From: Planctomycetota bacterium
GTDB lineage: Bacteria; Planctomycetota; GCA-002687715; CAIWVZ01
Length of the DNA: 64,000 nt
Direction of reading: 5' to 3'
NCBI GenBank assembly: GCA_044222185.1
Contig: JBGANV010000001.1
Span: forward strand, 1,152,001-1,216,000
Positions 27,849 to 38,225 of this stretch are shown here, piece by piece. The first letter of the stretch is position 1. Every line of letters begins with the position of its first letter. Under the pieces are notes generated by a model that saw only the letters and a list, made by a program, of their open reading frames with translations, did no database searches and was not told where the DNA came from. The position numbers and the translations under genes are program-made.

Positions 27849-29390
27849 TCACTTCGGCGCCAGGTCGGGCCGCGTCGCCGTCGGGTGCGGATGCGGGATC
27901 ACGATGATTGCGAAGACGAGACCTGAACGTTTGTACAGGCGCCAGACCGCACCATCCGCGGAACTGCCCTCGTCCGGCTGCACGTCGAGCCCCCACCGCG
28001 CCTCGTGGCGGTGCGACATCGTGTACGGCATGCCGTCCTGGACGAAGCGGTTGACGATGACCGTCGTGGGAACGCGGTGCTCGGACAGCTCCCGGAAGAG
28101 CGAAGCGAACGGCTCCGGGTCCCCCGGAACGTCAGGGAGCACGGCGTGATCCACGCCGAGAAGCGTGAGCGCGGTCGCGACGTGGTTGCCATGGGCCAGG
28201 ATTCGGTTGTGACCTCCACCGAGCCCGACGGCCTCCTTCACGGCACTCATGAGGCTCGAGTCTCGCAGCACGAGCAGGTTGGGATAGTGAAGCGTGAACG
28301 CCGTGGCTGCGAGGATGAGGAGGAACCCTGCACCTGCCACCCGCAATGGGAGCGAGCGCTTCGGACGACCACGAACCGCGGCGGATCCGATCGCGCAGAT
28401 GGTCGCGATCGGCATGATCCACCATTCGAAGTTGTTCGCTTCGAACCAGCAGAAGAACGGAAAGCGGAGTGCGAACGTGATGCCCGCCGCCAAGATCAGC
28501 CTGCCGACGGGCCGATCTCCTCGCAGCAGGCCTGCTGAGAGCCCGACGGCGAGCGCATGCGCCGGGCCGATCCACGTGCGCAGGTCCTTCACGTCCCAAT
28601 GGCGGCCGATGATCGCTGCAGCCATGGAGTCGGCGTGGGTCTGGCACAGCGTCAACGCCTTCTCGTCACGGCCGGTCCACGGGCCGTCCTTCGCAATGTC
28701 GCGGAGCCAAAGCCAGAAGGGCGTCACACCGCCATCAGCCAGCCGCCAGATCAGCGCATAGAGCGAGAACGTGATGACACCGCAGGCAAACCCCCACACG
28801 AGGATGCGTCGCCACCGATGCAGCCTGGGGAGGCCCAGGCCCGCGGCGACCGCGACGCCGGGCACCATCAGGAGATTGTCCTGCCGCAACAGGAGCGCCG
28901 TGACGGTCGCGATCCCGAGGTGGAGCAGCGAGACCTGCTTGCGACTGGCGGTGAACAGGACCACGAGCGCGCCCGCGACGGCGGGCAGGACGTTCTCTCC
29001 CGTCGCCGCCTCGATGATGAAACCGCGACAGGAAAACATGACGGCGGCGAACGCCAGACCCGCGATCCAGCGGCGGCGGCCCGCAGCGAGCCCGATGAGC
29101 GCGAGGATCGCCACGCCGCCTGCCCCCGAGACGACGCGGACCGCGACGTGGCCGACGTCGTGCGCCGCGAACAACCGGACGACGGGGACGACGACGAGCA
29201 CGATGATGTGAAACAGAGGATGGTGCGGGACGATGGAATTCGCCGGGTTCCGCTCCGCCTTGATCCCATGCCAGATGCCGTCGTGGATGGAGAACGGCCC
29301 GTCGGCATCGACCGGAAACAGCTGCACGGCCATGACCATCACGGCCACCGCGATGATGGCCCAGGCGACGCGCCGGCAGATGAGGTTCAT
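27849..29390 (-). CDS. polytopic membrane protein, GT-C-like
   Basis: N-terminal TM, loop with DG...PHHPLF, EAATGEN, LLRQDNLL, EWWI; about 11 TM helices and a short soluble C-domain. Confidence 0.6.
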   Translation of the reverse strand: MNLICRRVAWAIIAVAVMVMAVQLFPVDADGPFSIHDGIWHGIKAERNPANSIVPHHPLFHIIVLVVVPVVRLFAAHDVGHVAVRVVSGAGGVAILALIGLAAGRRRWIAGLAFAAVMFSCRGFIIEAATGENVLPAVAGALVVLFTASRKQVSLLHLGIATVTALLLRQDNLLMVPGVAVAAGLGLPRLHRWRRILVWGFACGVITFSLYALIWRLADGGVTPFWLWLRDIAKDGPWTGRDEKALTLCQTHADSMAAAIIGRHWDVKDLRTWIGPAHALAVGLSAGLLRGDRPVGRLILAAGITFALRFPFFCWFEANNFEWWIMPIATICAIGSAAVRGRPKRSLPLRVAGAGFLLILAATAFTLHYPNLLVLRDSSLMSAVKEAVGLGGGHNRILAHGNHVATALTLLGVDHAVLPDVPGDPEPFASLFRELSEHRVPTTVIVNRFVQDGMPYTMSHRHEARWGLDVQPDEGSSADGAVWRLYKRSGLVFAIIVIPHPHPTATRPDLAPK

Positions 29391-29405
29391 GCGCGAGCGT
29401 CAGCC

Positions 29406-30785
29406 TCAGACCTGTCGGTCGAGCTTCACGAAGTAGGTGTCTTCGCGGTAGGCGCCCTGGCCGAGTTGGGTGTTGTAGTTGCAGTCCTTGCAACACGGGA
29501 TCGGGTCGCCCTGAAGAAGTCGGTCACGCATGACCTTCATCGCTTCGCCGTTCCAGATGTCGGCGAGGTTCGCTTCGTGGACGTTGCCGACGACAGGACG
29601 GCCCTGGATGCAGCATGGCGCGACGTCGCCCGAGACGTTCACGAACAGCTCGTTCCACAGGAACTTGCAGGTGTACCTGGCAGATCCGCCGGGCCCCGAC
29701 TCGACCGCAACCGCGGGTTCCGCGGGAGGCACCGCGAAGTTCATCACGGCCTGCCGGGCCATCTCGTCCTTGGAGAGGTGAGGCGCCGGTGAGGCGTCGG
29801 CTGCCGATGCGACGGCCTCCGCATCGGGCAGCGGCGCATCGACGAACTCATCGGTCGGGACCTCGGCGCCCGACATCAGACCGCGGAGATGTGGCAGCGG
29901 TCCGTCGGGAAGGTTGGGCAGTCGCAGAGTCACTGCTGCGATCTCGTCCTCCGAAATGTCCGGGAATTCGGCCGGCAGGACCACTTCGACGCCCAGTTCC
30001 CGCGCGCGCTGCTTCGCAAGTCGCAGGCACTTGTTCGCCAAGGCCCGGTGGCGCAGGAGCGACGAATCGGCCAGCTTGTCGTTGAACGCGATCATCCACG
30101 CCGCAACGAGCTTGTCCACGTGCAGGAGGTGGGCGATCTCGACCATCGCCGGAAGCTCCTCGATGTTCTCGCGCATGAGGGTGGCAGCCATGTGGAACCC
30201 TGGCCACACGGACGGCGGGAGCTTGGACCTCCATTGGTGGAAGTGCCACATGTTCCGCGTGATCACGTTGAAGTCGCCGCCGATTCGAATGCGGTTGAAC
30301 GTGCGGCGCGTCCCACCATCGAACGAGATGATCATGCAGGCCGTGTGAGGCCCGACCCGACGGATCATCTTCGGGTCGAGGAGCATCCCGTTGGTGATCA
30401 CCTCGAGCTTCGTCTGCCAGTTCCTGCACTCCTGGAGGACCTCGTCCAGGTACGGGACCATCAACGGCTCACCGACGACCGTGAGGTTCACGATGCGTGC
30501 GTGCGGGAAGACCTGCGGCACCAGCGCACGAAACGTCTGCACCGGCATGTCCATGTCGTAGCGGCCGCGTCCCTGCTCGCGTGGCACCGGAAATTCGCAC
30601 ATCCGGCAGTAGAGGTTGCAGTCGGCGGTGAGCTCGAGCGTGACCTTCAGGGGCTGCCCGTCGACGAACACGTCACCCTTGCGCGCGGCTTCGCGCACGC
30701 GGCGCTCGTTGTCGGATTTGTAGGCCGCGATCTGCTCGGGTGTGTAGCGGGACGCGTCGTAGAGGTTTTCCGATGAGTCACTCAT
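29406..30785 (-). CDS. radical SAM protein with SPASM/twitch domain
   Basis: CNLYCRMC, GEPL, ITNG, ISFDGG; C-terminal CKFLW...GDVAPCC...IWNG...CCKDC. Confidence 0.92.
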   Translation of the reverse strand: MSDSSENLYDASRYTPEQIAAYKSDNERRVREAARKGDVFVDGQPLKVTLELTADCNLYCRMCEFPVPREQGRGRYDMDMPVQTFRALVPQVFPHARIVNLTVVGEPLMVPYLDEVLQECRNWQTKLEVITNGMLLDPKMIRRVGPHTACMIISFDGGTRRTFNRIRIGGDFNVITRNMWHFHQWRSKLPPSVWPGFHMAATLMRENIEELPAMVEIAHLLHVDKLVAAWMIAFNDKLADSSLLRHRALANKCLRLAKQRARELGVEVVLPAEFPDISEDEIAAVTLRLPNLPDGPLPHLRGLMSGAEVPTDEFVDAPLPDAEAVASAADASPAPHLSKDEMARQAVMNFAVPPAEPAVAVESGPGGSARYTCKFLWNELFVNVSGDVAPCCIQGRPVVGNVHEANLADIWNGEAMKVMRDRLLQGDPIPCCKDCNYNTQLGQGAYREDTYFVKLDRQV

Positions 30786-32179
30786 GCGCGCTCCCCTGAC
30801 TCGATTGCCGTCCGATAGATCGCAACGATCCGCTTCGCGTGCTCGCCCAGTGTCGCCGGCCGGCGGACCTGCGTGCGCAGTCGTTCGACCTGGCCGCGAT
30901 CACGCGCCAGGTCGCCGAGCACCGCCGCCAGGGATCCTGCGTCGCCCGGCCGGAACAGTCGCCCGTTCACTCCGTCTCGCACGAGTTCCCGCATGCCGCC
31001 CAGGTCCGCCGTCACGACGGGAACCCCGTGGGCCTGTGCTTCCAGGATCGTGATCGGCTGGTTCTCCACCCACCGCGAGGGCACGACCGTGACGTCGACG
31101 GACGCCAGGATCTCCCCCACTCGCGAGGGCTGGTACTTGCCGTGAAACCGGATCGGCAGCCCTCGGGCGCGCCGCCGCAATGAGGTGGCGAACTCGGGGC
31201 GGAGGTCCTCGCGTCCGAACACGTCGACCTCGACGAGACCGTCGGGAATGAACTGCATGGCTTCTACGATCAGGTCGATGCCTTTTTGCGGCGACACGGT
31301 GCCGAGGAACCCCACGCGCAGCCGTTCGCCCGGAGCGTAACCGGCGCCGGCGGCTGAATGAGATTCAGTATCGACGCCGTACCCGAGGACCACCAGCGAC
31401 TCCTTTCGGAATCCCGCAGCCACGAACGTGCGTTCGAGGAACTCGGAAGGGGCGATGAAGGTCCGGACGTGGCGGACGAGTTCCGCCACCGCCGCTGCTC
31501 TGGCTTCGACGACGGGGAGCATACCAGCGCCTTCCGACGCCGCCAAAACCCTGGCCCCGTGAGACTTCGGCGAGATCCGGCGCAAAGCGAGGCCGACCCC
31601 CCGGGCCCATCGTGAAACCCCGCCTCCGAGCCACTTTTCCATGCGGGCAGCAACCCGCTGCCCGCGACGTTCGAAAGCCGTGAGCCCGAAGCGGTACCCC
31701 ACGACGCAGTCGGCGCAGATCGAGGCTTCGGGCCCGTTGCACACGGAGCCGTCGCGGCGGACCAGTTGGCCATTGCGGGGACAGATGAGGCTGAAGTCGT
31801 TGAGGGTCATCACGACCGCGGTTCCCCGGCGCGAGGCAACCTCGGGAACACAGAAGCTCAGCAGGTTCAGGTGCTGGATGTGGACGACGTCCGGTCGGAA
31901 CGCGTCGAGCTCCTCCTCGAAAGCCGCGCGCGCGCCGTCACCGACCCAGGCGTCCCGGGCCACCGTGACCACCCTCGACGCCGCGAACTCGACGATCGAC
32001 ACGGCCCCGTTCATGCGCCGGCGGATCGAACCCGGATCACGCAGCGGATCGTCGTCGGCCGCAAAGATGCATACGTCGTGACCCTCCGTTGCGAGGATCG
32101 TCGCGAGGCGGAGCGTGTAGATCTCCGTCCCGGCGACCTGGCGCGGTGGCAGACCGTGAACGACCAGGAGGACCCTCAC
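30782..32179 (-). CDS. GT4 glycosyltransferase
   Basis: VHGLPPRQVAGTE, TLNDFSLICPRNG, KG, PSRWVENQPITILEA; GTG overlaps the upstream stop. Confidence 0.9.
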   Translation of the reverse strand: MRVLLVVHGLPPRQVAGTEIYTLRLATILATEGHDVCIFAADDDPLRDPGSIRRRMNGAVSIVEFAASRVVTVARDAWVGDGARAAFEEELDAFRPDVVHIQHLNLLSFCVPEVASRRGTAVVMTLNDFSLICPRNGQLVRRDGSVCNGPEASICADCVVGYRFGLTAFERRGQRVAARMEKWLGGGVSRWARGVGLALRRISPKSHGARVLAASEGAGMLPVVEARAAAVAELVRHVRTFIAPSEFLERTFVAAGFRKESLVVLGYGVDTESHSAAGAGYAPGERLRVGFLGTVSPQKGIDLIVEAMQFIPDGLVEVDVFGREDLRPEFATSLRRRARGLPIRFHGKYQPSRVGEILASVDVTVVPSRWVENQPITILEAQAHGVPVVTADLGGMRELVRDGVNGRLFRPGDAGSLAAVLGDLARDRGQVERLRTQVRRPATLGEHAKRIVAIYRTAIESGERA

Positions 32180-33093
32180 CGGCGGCGCTCCAGGATGCGG
32201 AGGTCCGCGGGTTTGCCGCGCAGCCCGTCGATCGTCCCGCGAAGCTTCGCCCACGCGGCTCGGGCACGTCCCCGCGCGAGCGACAGCGCGAACAGGATCG
32301 GCCACGCCGCCACGTCGAAGATCCAGAACGCGATCCACCGCGCGGCCGTCCCGTGCCGTTTCAGGAAGCGCGCCGCACCATGGGCCGTGAGGTACTTTCG
32401 GCCGGCCGAATAGCCGCCGCCAGTGGATCCACCGCCCGGATGCTCGAGCACGGCGCTCGCCACGTAGAGGCACGAGAAACCGGCCTCTCGCGCACGGGCC
32501 GCGAAGTCCGCGTCCTCGACGTAGGCGAAGTACGCCTCGTCGAACACGCCGATGCGATCGAACACGGCACGGGAGACGAGAAGCCCGCATCCCGTGAGCG
32601 AGTCGACGGACTCCTCGCGGTCGTATCGGCCGACGTCGAGCTCGTCGAAACCGCGCAGTTTCGCGATGTTGGGCCCGAAGGCGTAGCGCACACCACAACA
32701 CCAAAGCGTCCGCGCGCGGCGGTCGCGGAAGATCTTGCCCCCGTAGAGCCCGGCCGCCGGATTTCGCTCGGCCGCTGCGAGCAACTCTCCCAGGCACGCT
32801 GGATCGACCCTCGCGTCGTTGTTGAGGAGGAAGACGAAATCCGCGCCGGCAGCCAGCGCCGCGCGGATCCCCACGTTCACACCGCCGGAGAATCCGCGGT
32901 TCTCCGGATTGCGATGGAGTACGACGCGCGGAAACGCCGCCGCGATGCGGGCGACCGAATCATCCACGGAGCCATTGTCGACGACGTGGACGGCCGCCGG
33001 TTCCGGCAGGAACCTCGCCACACTCGACAGGCAGCCGAGAGTCTCCCCCGCCTGGTTCCAATTCACGATCACGACGTGGACCGAGCGTGTCAT
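32176..33093 (-). CDS. GT2 glycosyltransferase
   Basis: VIVNWN, VDNGSVD, NRGFSGGVN, LLNNDA, FAYVEDADF. Confidence 0.92.
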   Translation of the reverse strand: MTRSVHVVIVNWNQAGETLGCLSSVARFLPEPAAVHVVDNGSVDDSVARIAAAFPRVVLHRNPENRGFSGGVNVGIRAALAAGADFVFLLNNDARVDPACLGELLAAAERNPAAGLYGGKIFRDRRARTLWCCGVRYAFGPNIAKLRGFDELDVGRYDREESVDSLTGCGLLVSRAVFDRIGVFDEAYFAYVEDADFAARAREAGFSCLYVASAVLEHPGGGSTGGGYSAGRKYLTAHGAARFLKRHGTAARWIAFWIFDVAAWPILFALSLARGRARAAWAKLRGTIDGLRGKPADLRILERRR

Positions 33094-34163
33094 GCCAGGC
33101 CCCCGCGAAGGATGGCCCAGAGCATCTTCATCCATCCATCGAGCATCACGCTGCCGGCGCGGGCGAGCGGCTGCGCGAGCGCAGCACCTGTGAAACTCAT
33201 CGACGGCGCACCGAGCAACGCGCGATCCCGAACCTTCTTCGCGTAGAGCGGACCGCGCCGGTGCGCTCGTCGCAGCAGGAGTCCGACCGCCGAGACCTTC
33301 CCGCGGACGTAGGCCAGGGACTGTCCCGCCAGGACGGCGAACCCGAACCAGGCGATCTCGAAGATCACGAGAGCGGGCAACAGGACGAAGATGGTGCGGC
33401 AGTCATACAACTTCGCGATCAGGAGCCACCGATTGCGACTGTGCAGCTCGACACGCCGGGCCGGGTAGACGGCGTGCTTGAGGGACATGCCGGCCGATCC
33501 TCCGACGTTGCACGCGACCGCCGCCGGTACGACCCACAGCCGCCAGCCTCGCTGGCGCATCCGCAGCGAGAGGTCGACGTCCTCGGCGAGGAAGAAGTAT
33601 GTCTCGTCGAAACCACCGGCCTCACGAAGGCGCGCCGTGTCCACCAGCAGGCACCCCGCGGTCAGCACGTCGACGGCATAGGGCTCCCGCGACCGCTCCG
33701 GCGGCTTCCCGAGACCGATGAGGTGCGGCAACCCCCCGAAGTGCGCAAGCCCACCCGCGTACTGAACGGAATCCGGTCGATCCGCGTGGACGATCGCAGG
33801 CCCCACCATGGCGGAACCAGGATCGCCGTCGAGCATTCCGAGCAGGCGCTCGACGACACCCTGCTCGAGCACCATGTCGTCGTCGACGAAGAGAACGCGG
33901 GTCGTCCTGGCTTCAGCCAATCCGCGGTTGCGAGTCGCGCACGGTCCGAGATTCGCGCCCAGCTCGATCACGCGAACTCCCGGGTGTCGTGATGGCAACG
34001 ATGCGGGCGTGCCGTCCCGGCTTCCGCTGTCGACGACAAGCACTTCGCGAACGTGTGGCGCTCCGATGATCGAGGCGAGACACGCGTCGATCGTCTTCGC
34101 CGAATCGTGCGTCGTCACGACGACCGTGATGCCGGGCTCGAGGGTTTGACTCTCCGTCGTCAT
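33090..34163 (-). CDS. GT2 glycosyltransferase
   Basis: VDSGSRDGT, NLGPCATRN, FVDDD, FFLAEDVDLSLR. Confidence 0.92.
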   Translation of the reverse strand: MTTESQTLEPGITVVVTTHDSAKTIDACLASIIGAPHVREVLVVDSGSRDGTPASLPSRHPGVRVIELGANLGPCATRNRGLAEARTTRVLFVDDDMVLEQGVVERLLGMLDGDPGSAMVGPAIVHADRPDSVQYAGGLAHFGGLPHLIGLGKPPERSREPYAVDVLTAGCLLVDTARLREAGGFDETYFFLAEDVDLSLRMRQRGWRLWVVPAAVACNVGGSAGMSLKHAVYPARRVELHSRNRWLLIAKLYDCRTIFVLLPALVIFEIAWFGFAVLAGQSLAYVRGKVSAVGLLLRRAHRRGPLYAKKVRDRALLGAPSMSFTGAALAQPLARAGSVMLDGWMKMLWAILRGGLA

Positions 34164-34194
34164 GGAGCGGCGGGACAGCGCGCACGGCGCCGGA

Positions 34195-35235
34195 TCACTT
34201 CACCGGGAGATCGAAGTCGGGAGCGCGGCAGGGTTGCCTCTTCTTCAGGCATCTCGGGAGGCCGCCGATGCCGTGGAGCGACGCTTTGATCGCGACCCAG
34301 AGTCCCCCGGGCGTTTCCCGGATCGTTTTCATCAGGCCGATCGTGCCCACGGCATCAGCCGTCACGGGCGAGTTCCGCCGTCGGATGGGGCCGGTGAAGT
34401 GCAGCCAAAAGAACTTGACGACCTGCCCCCACGGCACGTGTTTGAAGAGATACCACCACATGTTTCGGATGTGGAAGTAGAGGCTTCGCTTGCCCGTCTT
34501 CATCCCGAAGGGCGTGCCATGCTGAACGACGACCTTGGGGAACTGGAGGATCCGGTGTCCGGCATTCAGGATCCGCGCCGAGAGGTCACGCTCGTTGCCA
34601 TAGATGAAGAAGTCCGCGTCGTACCACCCGCACTGTTCGAGCACCGCGCGCCGAGCGAGCGAGGCGCAGCCGCGGAACGTCGCCATGTACCGCTCGCGGT
34701 TCACCTCAGGGTGGTTCATGTACCAGTCGGGAGTGTTGGGCTCGTACACGTGCGACGAGATCAGCGCCGTGCTCGGCGGTTCCGACGCGAATTTCGCGAG
34801 CATCGCCTCGTTCCAGTTCGGCGGGAGGATCACGTCGTCGTCCAGGATCGCGATGAACGTCGTCTTCGCGCACGCGAAGCCGATGTTGAACGTCTCGCAC
34901 GCCCCATAGCGATCGTGCGGCATCACGACGAGATCCACCTCGGGGTACCCGTCGCGGATCATGTCGATCGTCCCATCCTTCGAATGGTTGTCGACCACGA
35001 CGATCGCGTCGAACTTCACCGTCTGCGCCCGAAGTCCATCGAGGTTCTTGCGGACGTCCTCGCGTTTGTTGAACGACGTCATGACGGCCGTGATCGTCGG
35101 ACGGCCCGCGGTCGGGGCCTGGTTCAGCCAGTTGCGTTCGGCGTCGATGCGACTGACGGCGGAGATCGGTCCACCGTCCCGTGCTGCGGGAGATGGCGTC
35201 CTGGCCACGGGCGGAGTGCTGGCGGCTGTCGTCAT
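34195..35235 (-). CDS. GT2 glycosyltransferase
   Basis: VDNHSKDGT, ILDDD, FIYGNERDLSAR; start 35235 or 35319. Confidence 0.88.
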   Translation of the reverse strand: MTTAASTPPVARTPSPAARDGGPISAVSRIDAERNWLNQAPTAGRPTITAVMTSFNKREDVRKNLDGLRAQTVKFDAIVVVDNHSKDGTIDMIRDGYPEVDLVVMPHDRYGACETFNIGFACAKTTFIAILDDDVILPPNWNEAMLAKFASEPPSTALISSHVYEPNTPDWYMNHPEVNRERYMATFRGCASLARRAVLEQCGWYDADFFIYGNERDLSARILNAGHRILQFPKVVVQHGTPFGMKTGKRSLYFHIRNMWWYLFKHVPWGQVVKFFWLHFTGPIRRRNSPVTADAVGTIGLMKTIRETPGGLWVAIKASLHGIGGLPRCLKKRQPCRAPDFDLPVK

Positions 35236-35323
35236 GGCTTCAAACTTGCGCTCGATTGCCGGATTCGGGGCAACGCTACCACGGCCGCGCGGCGGTCCCA
35301 GGCGTGCGTTCGGACCCATGTGG

Positions 35324-36085
35324 TCAGCTCCGCGGCCGGAGGGACTCCCCCATGTCGTCGACGAGCCGCACCAGATCCTCCACGCGGCGGGCGTACTCGT
35401 CCACCATCTTCGGATCGATCCGGGTGAACGCTTCAACGTACTGGATCGTGGCGTCGTCCACGTTGACCGTTCGCGCCCGGTTGAGAGCGCGGACCTTCCC
35501 GATCAGGTCCTGGTGGAGAAGTTGGCTGTGATAGCTCGCAATCGCGGCCTCTTTGCGGGCCATCATGGGCGTGATGTCGAGAAGCACGTTCGACGTCATC
35601 GGCGCCCCGATCTCGAACGCGAGGATCACGGGGGCGTTCACGCGCCGCGCCAGGGCGCGCAGGGCGAAGGTCGCCGTCGCACGATGGTCCGGGTGCAGCT
35701 CGAACGGCGATGGGAACGCGACCGTCGCTGGCTTCACTCGTGCGAGCAGATCGGCGATGGAGTCAGCGGCCTCCGGGTGGCCGGCGAGCCCGCCATCCGG
35801 GAACGCGAGGAACTCGGCGGAGAACCCGCCGACCTTCTCCCCGGCGGCGAGCGTCTCGCGGCGTCGCTCCTCGGCGTATTCGGGTCCGCGCGCACGGGCG
35901 CGATCCCCGAGCGAGCCATCGGTCATGATGGCCACGGTAACCGGCTGCCCTCGCTCCCGATGCCATGCCACCAGCCCGCCGCACCCGATCACCTCGTCGT
36001 CCGGGTGTGGCGCAAGCACGAGCAGTGGACCGAGCACGAACGTGTCCGGACCCCAAAGCGGCTCGAACGGACGGAGGTACGTCAT
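35324..36085 (-). CDS. PIG-L/LmbE family zinc N-deacetylase
   Basis: APHPDDE, RRRE, HPDH, YHSQ motifs all intact. Confidence 0.92.
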   Translation of the reverse strand: MTYLRPFEPLWGPDTFVLGPLLVLAPHPDDEVIGCGGLVAWHRERGQPVTVAIMTDGSLGDRARARGPEYAEERRRETLAAGEKVGGFSAEFLAFPDGGLAGHPEAADSIADLLARVKPATVAFPSPFELHPDHRATATFALRALARRVNAPVILAFEIGAPMTSNVLLDITPMMARKEAAIASYHSQLLHQDLIGKVRALNRARTVNVDDATIQYVEAFTRIDPKMVDEYARRVEDLVRLVDDMGESLRPRS

Positions 36086-36912
36086 CTCCCCGGCTCGCTG
36101 CGCAGGCGCCGCACTTCGGCTTCGAGTTCATCGACGCGTGCCTTCAACCGAGCCAGCTCCACACCTCCGAATTCGACCATGGTGAGAAGCTCGGGCATGA
36201 CGATGTGTGCGTAGCGCTTGTACAGGACCTCACGCGTTGCGGCAAACTCCTGGCGCAGGGCCGTCACTGCATTCGTGTTGTCGTCGCGCACCCGGAACGC
36301 GGACGTCACCTTCCGCACGTGGAAGAAGTCGTAGTCCTGGGCGAAGCGCCCGAACATCTCCATGTCCTCGAGCACCGGCAACGTCTCGTCGAATCCGCCG
36401 AGACGGTCCGAACACTCGCGATCGTGGAGCACGGTCACGAGGTGCATGTCGCCTCGCCGCCAGAGCGCGATCTTCGAGTACTCGAACGTCGGCGCGGGCG
36501 CTCGCGATCGTTCCTTGTAGGTCTTCGTCGCCGGATCATAGGTCTGGTGGACGAGGTCCGCGTCGCCGTATGCGATCTTCAACCCGCTCGCCTTCAGCCC
36601 GCCGACGAGCGATGCGACGTGGTCGGGGTAATACAGGTCGTCGTCGTCGAGCCATCCGATGTAGCGACCGCGCGCCTGGGCCAGCCCGAGGTTTCCGGCC
36701 TTGCACCGGCCGACGGAGCCGGCCGACACATAGCGGATCGGGTGCCGGCCCGCGAGGCGGGTGATCAGGGCGGAGACGTCGGCCCCGCCATCGTTGACGA
36801 CGATGTGCTCGACGTGCGGGTGGGTCTGGGCCTGCACCGAGGCGATGGCCTCGGCCAGCAGGGACTCGCGGTCCTTCGTCCGCGTGATGATCGAAACCAG
36901 GTCAGTCGTCAT
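36082..36912 (-). CDS. GT2 glycosyltransferase with short C-terminal coiled coil
   Basis: SIITRTKDR, VNDGG, WLDDDD, GFDETLPVLED; C-terminal ELARLKARVDELEAEVRRL. Confidence 0.9.
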   Translation of the reverse strand: MTTDLVSIITRTKDRESLLAEAIASVQAQTHPHVEHIVVNDGGADVSALITRLAGRHPIRYVSAGSVGRCKAGNLGLAQARGRYIGWLDDDDLYYPDHVASLVGGLKASGLKIAYGDADLVHQTYDPATKTYKERSRAPAPTFEYSKIALWRRGDMHLVTVLHDRECSDRLGGFDETLPVLEDMEMFGRFAQDYDFFHVRKVTSAFRVRDDNTNAVTALRQEFAATREVLYKRYAHIVMPELLTMVEFGGVELARLKARVDELEAEVRRLRSEPGR

Positions 36913-38225
36913 GCGCCCGCTCCGCTCTCGGCGCGAAGTCGGCCGATGTACGCAAGAATCTCGCCAATCCACTGTTCCCGCCGGGCAAGTCGGTCGAGCA
37001 AGTGAGTCTCCAGGTCCACGGAAGGCAGCGGGGCCACCCGAGCGCGCTCATAGGCCGCCACCATGCGGCTCGCAAACGCGGCGCGATCGACGCGGGGATG
37101 TGGGACTCCGCGCACCAAGGCACCAAGCGCGTTCGCATCGGACGCGAGGTGCGACAGCGCACTGGACCACGCGTCGAGATCACCCGCCCGCACGACGAGT
37201 CCCCGTGAGCCGACGCGCTCCTTGGGGGCACCGCGATCGGAAACGACGACCGGTATCCCCATGTCGAGGGCTTCATCGACCACGAGCGAGTATGACTCCG
37301 GCGCGAACGACGGGAAGCACGCCACGTCGGCGTCGGCGACGAGCGCTTGCAGGCGCCCGCCGTCGTAGGGACCGGCGAGCGTCACGCCTTCGAGGTCCAT
37401 TCCCGATTCGATCACGTTCCCAGCAGCCACGAGTTCCATCGGGTGGCCGGACGCGACGCTGCGCCGCACGGCGTTCGCGAGCAGTTCCACGCCCTTGACG
37501 CGGCACAGGTTTCCGAAATGGAGCACGCGAAGCGGGCCCCTGCGGCCGGGTCGAGGGATCGGGTCGGCACCGGCGGAGGCCAGTGCGCACACATCGATGG
37601 TGACTCCGGTCGGGACGTGGGGCATGAGCAGATCGCGATGGGCGACGGACGGCGCAAACACCGCGCAGGCCGTGGCCAGTTCGGCCGCGAAGCCGTGCAG
37701 GCGCGAGTCGACGCGGAGCCCCACCTCCCGCTCGTCCAGGGAAACATGACTGGCGATGCACGGTGCGCAGGCTCGGACCGACTGCGTCGCGTCGCAAACT
37801 TCGGTGCCGCCGGGGATGCGGAAGAAACGACCGCACGACGAGAAGGCGTCGTGCAGCGTGACGACGGATCGAATCCCCCGACGCGCCGCGCGCCGCACCA
37901 CGTCACCACCGACGTTCATCCAGTGATGGACGTGGACGACGTCGGGCTTCAGCTCGTCGAATACACGCTCGATCAACGGGACGAACTCGGCGCGAAACGG
38001 ATCGATCGGATCGCGGAAGCCTGGTCCACAGACCAGCCTCCGAACCGGGACGTCCATCCACGACTCCGCCAGGAGCTGCGCCTGTGGTTGCTGCACCGCC
38101 GACCCCGACAGCACACAGGGATCGTGACCGAGGTCTCGAAGCGCCTGGTTCAGCCCCTCGACGACGCTCTCCGTTCCGCCCCGGAACTCCGGCGGATAGT
38201 TGTGGATGACCTGCAGGATTCTCAT
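36909..38225 (-). CDS. GT4 glycosyltransferase
   Basis: HNYPPEFRGGTE, TLHDAFSSCGR, KG, PESYSLVVDEA. Confidence 0.9.
   Translation of the reverse strand: MRILQVIHNYPPEFRGGTESVVEGLNQALRDLGHDPCVLSGSAVQQPQAQLLAESWMDVPVRRLVCGPGFRDPIDPFRAEFVPLIERVFDELKPDVVHVHHWMNVGGDVVRRAARRGIRSVVTLHDAFSSCGRFFRIPGGTEVCDATQSVRACAPCIASHVSLDEREVGLRVDSRLHGFAAELATACAVFAPSVAHRDLLMPHVPTGVTIDVCALASAGADPIPRPGRRGPLRVLHFGNLCRVKGVELLANAVRRSVASGHPMELVAAGNVIESGMDLEGVTLAGPYDGGRLQALVADADVACFPSFAPESYSLVVDEALDMGIPVVVSDRGAPKERVGSRGLVVRAGDLDAWSSALSHLASDANALGALVRGVPHPRVDRAAFASRMVAAYERARVAPLPSVDLETHLLDRLARREQWIGEILAYIGRLRAESGAGA

Noticed and set aside
29406-30785. RiPP cluster around the SPASM enzyme
   Set aside because: No adjacent precursor peptide, RRE domain or peptidase-transporter; the context is entirely glycosyltransferases.
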